A DNA stretch of 42,822 nt, taken from NCBI GenBank assembly GCA_018167975.1, contig GCA_018167975.1_4333.1. The stretch is one strand, 5' to 3'. This DNA is from a phage. Shown here in pieces: positions 38,828-42,822 of the stretch (position 1 is the stretch's first letter; each line of letters starts with the position of its first letter). The position numbers and the translations under genes are program-made. The notes under the pieces are model-generated. The model saw only the letters and a program-made list of their open reading frames with translations. It was not told the DNA's origin and searched no databases.

Positions 38828-40078
38828 TTAAAGTGCGAAAGTCACCGGGATGTTGATTACTGGTTTAACCACCGGCATCTCGTAAACTACAGGATAGCCG
38901 AGAGCATCCGCCATATGGTCGATGATGCCGTCTTTGGACGGCTCCCCGTTATCGTCGTAAGCCTGCTGCTCCAGCGTCTTGGCTATCTCAGGGCATAAGT
39001 GGTCGTTAACCCACAGCTTACCTTTTTCCAGCGCTGTATTCACGGCCAAAACACGGTCTTTAACCGGGGGGTTGGCAGATTTAGCGCGAACATCGAACCC
39101 GGCCTGCTGGAGTAACGCAATATCAGAGATTGACGCCGAGTTGGTTTTGCGGTTCTTGCCGCTTGCGTCAGGGTAAACGACGATGCGGTGACCTTGCGAC
39201 TTCCACTTCTCGGTAATTACGCGCACGGTGTCCGGCGTATCGAACAGGCCTTTCAGTTCTGCCACCGCGTGCCAGCCGTCTTTACGCTGCACATACACGG
39301 CGCTGGCGTTCTTCGTAACGTTGAAGTCCTGCCCGATGTACAGCGTGTCGCCAGGTTGAATTGTCTCTTTGCTGCGGTGCTTACGGCGGTCGTACGCGTA
39401 ATACACGCTGCCGGATGTCAGGTTGACGAACTCACCGTTCAGATATGCGTTAATCAACTGCGCCGGGTAAGTCTCTGTCAGCGAGCTAATGTAATCCGGC
39501 GGCAGGAATCGCGCGTTCTCATGAGTTGATGCCTGCACCATCGAGTAGCTCGGCGTCGGATTCTCTTTGAACTTGGCGTAGACGAACTTGAACCCTTCCG
39601 GCGTCGTGGTTACAGAGATGTGGTTGGTTACGCCAGGAATAACAAGACGCATACGGGCTACGATTTTGTTCCACGCCAGCTCGGCTTTCTCGCGGCTCAG
39701 TACATCTAGCTCATCCACGACCGCAGCGGCGATTTTGAAACCCACAATCGAACCAGGGTTATCCATCGAACGGCAGATAACGGTCCCGAGCACAGTCTTA
39801 CCGCGAGTAACCACGACTTCTTTGTCGCCGGATTTAACCAGCACATCGAGGCCTAGCAGGTTAGCCGCTTCCTCAAATGTCGGGTAGAAGATGTCACGAA
39901 TAGCTGGGTATGTTGGGCCGAAGTAGCCCAGGCGCGTACCTGGATGCTTGAGCATAAACGTAAGCAGGTCAAGGCAGCCTACGAATGTCTTTCCGCTGCC
40001 GAAGCCCCCGACATAGGCTTTGTACTTGTTATCGCAATTCAGGAACAGTGCCTGTGGTGCGGATAGCTGAATACTCAT
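38828..40078 (-). CDS. Terminase large subunit
   Basis: Walker A VGGFGSGKT, Walker B AAVVDELD, C-terminal nuclease region; 416 aa. Confidence 0.9.
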   Translation of the reverse strand: MSIQLSAPQALFLNCDNKYKAYVGGFGSGKTFVGCLDLLTFMLKHPGTRLGYFGPTYPAIRDIFYPTFEEAANLLGLDVLVKSGDKEVVVTRGKTVLGTVICRSMDNPGSIVGFKIAAAVVDELDVLSREKAELAWNKIVARMRLVIPGVTNHISVTTTPEGFKFVYAKFKENPTPSYSMVQASTHENARFLPPDYISSLTETYPAQLINAYLNGEFVNLTSGSVYYAYDRRKHRSKETIQPGDTLYIGQDFNVTKNASAVYVQRKDGWHAVAELKGLFDTPDTVRVITEKWKSQGHRIVVYPDASGKNRKTNSASISDIALLQQAGFDVRAKSANPPVKDRVLAVNTALEKGKLWVNDHLCPEIAKTLEQQAYDDNGEPSKDGIIDHMADALGYPVVYEMPVVKPVINIPVTFAL

Positions 40079-40620
40079 TCCTCTACCTCGCCCATGTTCG
40101 TTGTTACAATTTTACCTACAGGCTCTGCGACACTGAAAACAATCTCGGTCGGTGCTGTTTCTTCGGCGGATTCGACCGGTTTCTCTTTGTTGAGGCCCAG
40201 CTTAGCGGCAGCAAACGTGGCCGAGATACCCGCAGCCCCTGTCTCAGTGAAGTATGCCTCTTCAAGCGCCTGTGCGGTCTCCCAGGCTTCCGCAAATGCG
40301 GGAATCTCACGCAGCCACAGCTTAATAATCGGGATAGTGACGCCGATGTGTAAGGCAAAGCGAGCCAGAGACGGGGGTTTATCCTGAATCAACGGGCGTT
40401 CGTCACCCTTAGACGTAGGCACAAGCTCCCATGACGTGCGGTCGAAGAACTCGATTAACGCGTCGCAATAGTCCGGGTCCCACAACGCGGCGGAATTACG
40501 GGATGATTGATAAAGGCTCTGTTTACCGCGCGGTCGTTTACGGCGACGGTTTGCGCTAACAGCTTCTTCATGCGCAGCTTGCACCACCTCTGGCGATGGC
40601 TGCTTGAGTTTCAGCTTCAT
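40075..40620 (-). CDS. Terminase small subunit
   Basis: ORF 40075..40659; ATG at 40618-40620 with AAGGGGA RBS; overlaps the TerL start; basic N-terminus. Confidence 0.55.
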   Translation of the reverse strand: MKLKLKQPSPEVVQAAHEEAVSANRRRKRPRGKQSLYQSSRNSAALWDPDYCDALIEFFDRTSWELVPTSKGDERPLIQDKPPSLARFALHIGVTIPIIKLWLREIPAFAEAWETAQALEEAYFTETGAAGISATFAAAKLGLNKEKPVESAEETAPTEIVFSVAEPVGKIVTTNMGEVEE

Positions 40621-40685
40621 AGAATCCCCTTGCATATGCGTCTGACCATCAGAGCGCACCAGACGCGCCCTACGCGCCTAAAGGG

Positions 40686-40715
40686 ATTATATAAGGGTAT
40701 TGGGCGGGATGTACA
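40686..40715 (-). promoter_or_regulatory. Candidate late-operon promoter upstream of TerS (-10 TATAAT, weak -35)
   Basis: rc of 40686-40691 = TATAAT; -35 region is poor (GTACAT), suggesting activator dependence or read-through. Confidence 0.3.
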
Positions 40716-40740
40716 GAAAAGCCCTCCGTAGAGGGCTTGT
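40711..40740 (-). terminator. Hairpin terminator separating the right-arm small-gene block from the packaging operon
   Basis: AAGCCCTC-CGTA-GAGGGCTT (40719-40738); on the minus strand followed by TTCTGTA. Confidence 0.4.
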
Positions 40741-40842
40741 ATTAGTTATATAGACCGTGGCGTGGTGCTCTTTTACCATCGCCGCCGTAGTGGTCGTTAG
40801 CTACAGCGATTACCCAGGCGTTCGGGATGATTAGTAGTCTCA

Positions 40843-41043
40843 TCAGCAGATATCTACCAATACATCGTAATTATCGCTTAAATACTGGAATGCATCCCCT
40901 CTTTCTACAAACTCGTCGCCAATAGCAAATGTTCCATCAGAGACATCAATTAGGAGGTCATCGCGCCCGATAAACTGGAAGACCACCTGCCCGTCGTCAT
41001 CAAGAAGCGTATGCAGCATAAGTAACAATAGTTTTTCGCTCAT
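40843..41043 (-). CDS. Hypothetical acidic protein
   Basis: ATG with GAGAGGAGAG RBS; 66 aa. Confidence 0.45.
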   Translation of the reverse strand: MSEKLLLLMLHTLLDDDGQVVFQFIGRDDLLIDVSDGTFAIGDEFVERGDAFQYLSDNYDVLVDIC

Positions 41044-41276
41044 CCCTCACTCTCCTCTCGTGCAATACGTTGCTCTGTTTTAGTGATACCACGGCGCGTG
41101 AATAACACCGGGCTTGTCTTAACGTGCGTCATCAGCCGGTTGTTATAAACTACATGGCGCTCACAGTTAACGTCTTTACTGTACTTCGCAATCGTCATTT
41201 CGTTGATGCCTGTTTGACGGCATGTCTCCGCCATCGTGCCGAATTCTTTAATCAGGTTCGGAATGCTGGTAATCAA
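41040..41276 (-). CDS. Hypothetical protein with HTH-like segment
   Basis: TTG start with AAGGGAG RBS; MAETCRQTGINEMTIAKY resembles an HTH. Confidence 0.4.
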   Translation of the reverse strand: MITSIPNLIKEFGTMAETCRQTGINEMTIAKYSKDVNCERHVVYNNRLMTHVKTSPVLFTRRGITKTEQRIAREESEG

Positions 41277-41554
41277 TTAGGCTCTCCCTTAATAACCGTT
41301 ATATCTTTCTTGTTAAGGTCTACAAATACAGTGTGTGCACCGTGAGTGAGAACCAGACACTGTGGCACAAGCCCTTCTGTTGACCATACAAACTCCTGTG
41401 GACGGCAGGCGCGAACCCTACGTGTTTCGAACATACCGTTAACTGAAATTACGCCGTAATTCTGTGTTTCGCTGGCGTTCGCGTATTTACGATAGACGGC
41501 CTCTTCTATAGCTGATTCAATGTCCGTAAACTTTGATGTAACGGTACGCGCCAT
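41273..41554 (-). CDS. Hypothetical protein
   Basis: 93-aa ORF, coupled to neighbours. Confidence 0.45.
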   Translation of the reverse strand: MARTVTSKFTDIESAIEEAVYRKYANASETQNYGVISVNGMFETRRVRACRPQEFVWSTEGLVPQCLVLTHGAHTVFVDLNKKDITVIKGEPN

Positions 41555-41557
41555 ACT

Positions 41558-41791
41558 CTACCCCACTATCTCATCACCAAGCCACGCCGTTTCTCGTATA
41601 TCGTCGACCACACAGGCGGCGTGTTCACGGCTAATTGCAAAAATGTAGAAGCTGAACTTCTTCCCGTCGGCGTCGATGTGGTTAACCGAGTAGGGTTTCC
41701 ACAGGACGCCATCAATGACTACGGGTTTAGGCGACTCCATATGCTTTACCACATTTAATGCACGTGGCTCGATGTAATCCACCAACCACAT
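41558..41791 (-). CDS. Hypothetical protein
   Basis: 77-aa ORF; start uncertain (ATG at 41791 or 41740), weak RBS. Confidence 0.35.
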   Translation of the reverse strand: MWLVDYIEPRALNVVKHMESPKPVVIDGVLWKPYSVNHIDADGKKFSFYIFAISREHAACVVDDIRETAWLGDEIVG

Positions 41792-41966
41792 GTAGGTAGT
41801 AATCGTGCTCGCAAGGCTTTTCGTCTGCCTTCAACTTATCAAGAAGCAACTTAAACGCCTCCAGTTGAAACTCACCGTTAATTGACAGTTGCCCGCCTAA
41901 CGTCTGTTTCTCTGACTCAAGCACCAGAATACGGCGCTCAAGTGATGTGATTGTGATTTTAGGCAT
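41727..41966 (-). CDS. Hypothetical protein (coiled-coil N-terminus, C-terminal CxxC)
   Basis: ORF 41727..41975; ATG at 41964-41966 with AAGGTGG RBS. Confidence 0.35.
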   Translation of the reverse strand: MPKITITSLERRILVLESEKQTLGGQLSINGEFQLEAFKLLLDKLKADEKPCEHDYYLHVVGGLHRATCIKCGKAYGVA

Positions 41967-42144
41967 CGCTGCCACCTTTGTTCAGATTGAAGCGGTTAAT
42001 CAGTTCACGGCGAGTCTCGTAAAGCGACTCAACCATCTGCTCTGCTACTGCGATTTTAGTATTCAGGACGTACATCACGTGTCCGATGTCTACGCCGTTG
42101 TTAACGGCCTCTACCATCATCTTTTCATATTCACGGTCAGTCAT
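41959..42144 (-). CDS. Hypothetical protein
   Basis: 61-aa ORF, ATGA-type coupling to the upstream micro-ORF. Confidence 0.4.
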   Translation of the reverse strand: MTDREYEKMMVEAVNNGVDIGHVMYVLNTKIAVAEQMVESLYETRRELINRFNLNKGGSDA

Positions 42145-42297
42145 TTTTACGCTCTCCCCACATGCGATTGAGATACTTGTTCTTGTCCGGCCCCGGGAAA
42201 CTGTTACGTTTCATAAGTTCCTCGCGTGTCGGGAACGGGGTGTGACTGACCTTACGGCCTACTCGTAACGGTTGGCTTACTTGACCTTGTTCGCTCA
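42139..42297 (-). CDS. Small hypothetical protein (52 aa)
   Basis: Below cutoff; ATG at 42295-42297 with GGGAGG RBS; stop overlaps the next start. Confidence 0.3.
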
Positions 42298-42492
42298 TTC
42301 TACAACCTCCCATTTAACGCCGTGGAAACCATCACCTTCATCGTTACCAAAGTCTATGAAAATATCGCAGTCGTCGTCGGCGACTATATAACCGAAACCA
42401 GTAGCTGTCGGGTTATATACATCATACACTTTACCCTCTGTCACATAGTCAAGGGCGGCTAACCAGAGAATTTTAGCGGCTTTAACTTTCAT
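42295..42492 (-). CDS. Hypothetical acidic protein
   Basis: 65-aa ORF with Asp-rich C-terminal half. Confidence 0.4.
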   Translation of the reverse strand: MKVKAAKILWLAALDYVTEGKVYDVYNPTATGFGYIVADDDCDIFIDFGNDEGDGFHGVKWEVVE

Positions 42493-42737
42493 TTCTTCTC
42501 TCCTGCATAAGCGGCCTTCAGGGTCTGCATCGCAGCGAACCAGAACGCGTCCGCAGGGATGCTATTGCTCAGGTTACTAACGGCGATGCGTGCCATCAAT
42601 TGTGCGTCTTTGAATGCTTCGGTATCTGTGATTTTCATTGGAAATTTACGCATAGCAACCGGGTCATTATTCATAGCCCATGCGATGCATTTAGCTTCGA
42701 GTTCTTCGGTTATTTCTATCGTCGATATGTTGCCCAT
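42489..42737 (-). CDS. Hypothetical protein (first gene of right-arm leftward operon)
   Basis: ATG at 42735-42737 with GGAG upstream; 82 aa. Confidence 0.45.
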   Translation of the reverse strand: MGNISTIEITEELEAKCIAWAMNNDPVAMRKFPMKITDTEAFKDAQLMARIAVSNLSNSIPADAFWFAAMQTLKAAYAGEKK

Positions 42738-42772
42738 TTCTCTCTACTCCGTTCTCGTTGTCGATGAAGTAA

Positions 42773-42801
42773 ATATAATAGGGTCGTAGGTAATAGTCAA
42801 C
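42773..42801 (-). promoter_or_regulatory. Candidate leftward promoter: -35 TTGACT, 17-bp spacer, -10 TATATT
   Basis: rc of 42796-42801 = TTGACT; rc of 42773-42778 = TATATT; region contains AATAGGG/TAATAG motif relatives. Confidence 0.35.
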
Positions 42802-42822
42802 TAGTCATTACAGAAAACATAT

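Noticed and set aside
1-42822. CRISPR array or long tandem repeats
   Set aside because: No regularly spaced direct repeats of 20-40 bp were seen; the only repeats are the promoter and terminator modules described in the findings.

Overview
The window reads as an essentially complete ~43-kb genome of a tailed dsDNA bacteriophage (siphovirus-type gene order, enterobacterial-like sigma70 and Shine-Dalgarno signals). No integrase, tRNA or CRISPR array was seen. It has four blocks. (i) 265-4805, minus strand: a lysis cassette (two holin-like membrane proteins plus a GH24 endolysin) and about a dozen small accessory ORFs, including an HslV-like peptidase. (ii) 5254-17315, plus strand: the early/replication module (HTH regulator, primase-helicase, Cas4-like nuclease, gp2.5-like SSB, HNH endonuclease, family-A DNA polymerase, VRR-NUC nuclease, SNF2 helicase), interrupted by a divergently transcribed Cro-like regulator gene. 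(iii) 17366-40620, minus strand: the packaging and structural module (TerS, TerL, portal, head morphogenesis, Rz/Rz1 spanins, scaffold, major capsid, connectors, major tail, G/T chaperones, tape measure, distal tail proteins, tail fiber). This block is interrupted by three rightward promoter-gene-terminator cassettes (morons); the largest encodes a superinfection-immunity-like membrane protein and an HTH-metallophosphoesterase fusion and is the best candidate for an undescribed accessory system. (iv) 40843-42737, minus strand: small genes of unknown function. A recurring promoter design with an embedded AATAG-N4-CTATT palindrome and a family of near-identical GC hairpin terminators punctuate the genome. 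All functional calls come from motif recognition by eye on the supplied translations; no database search, HMM scan or RNA folding was run, and start codons were refined manually from RBS context.
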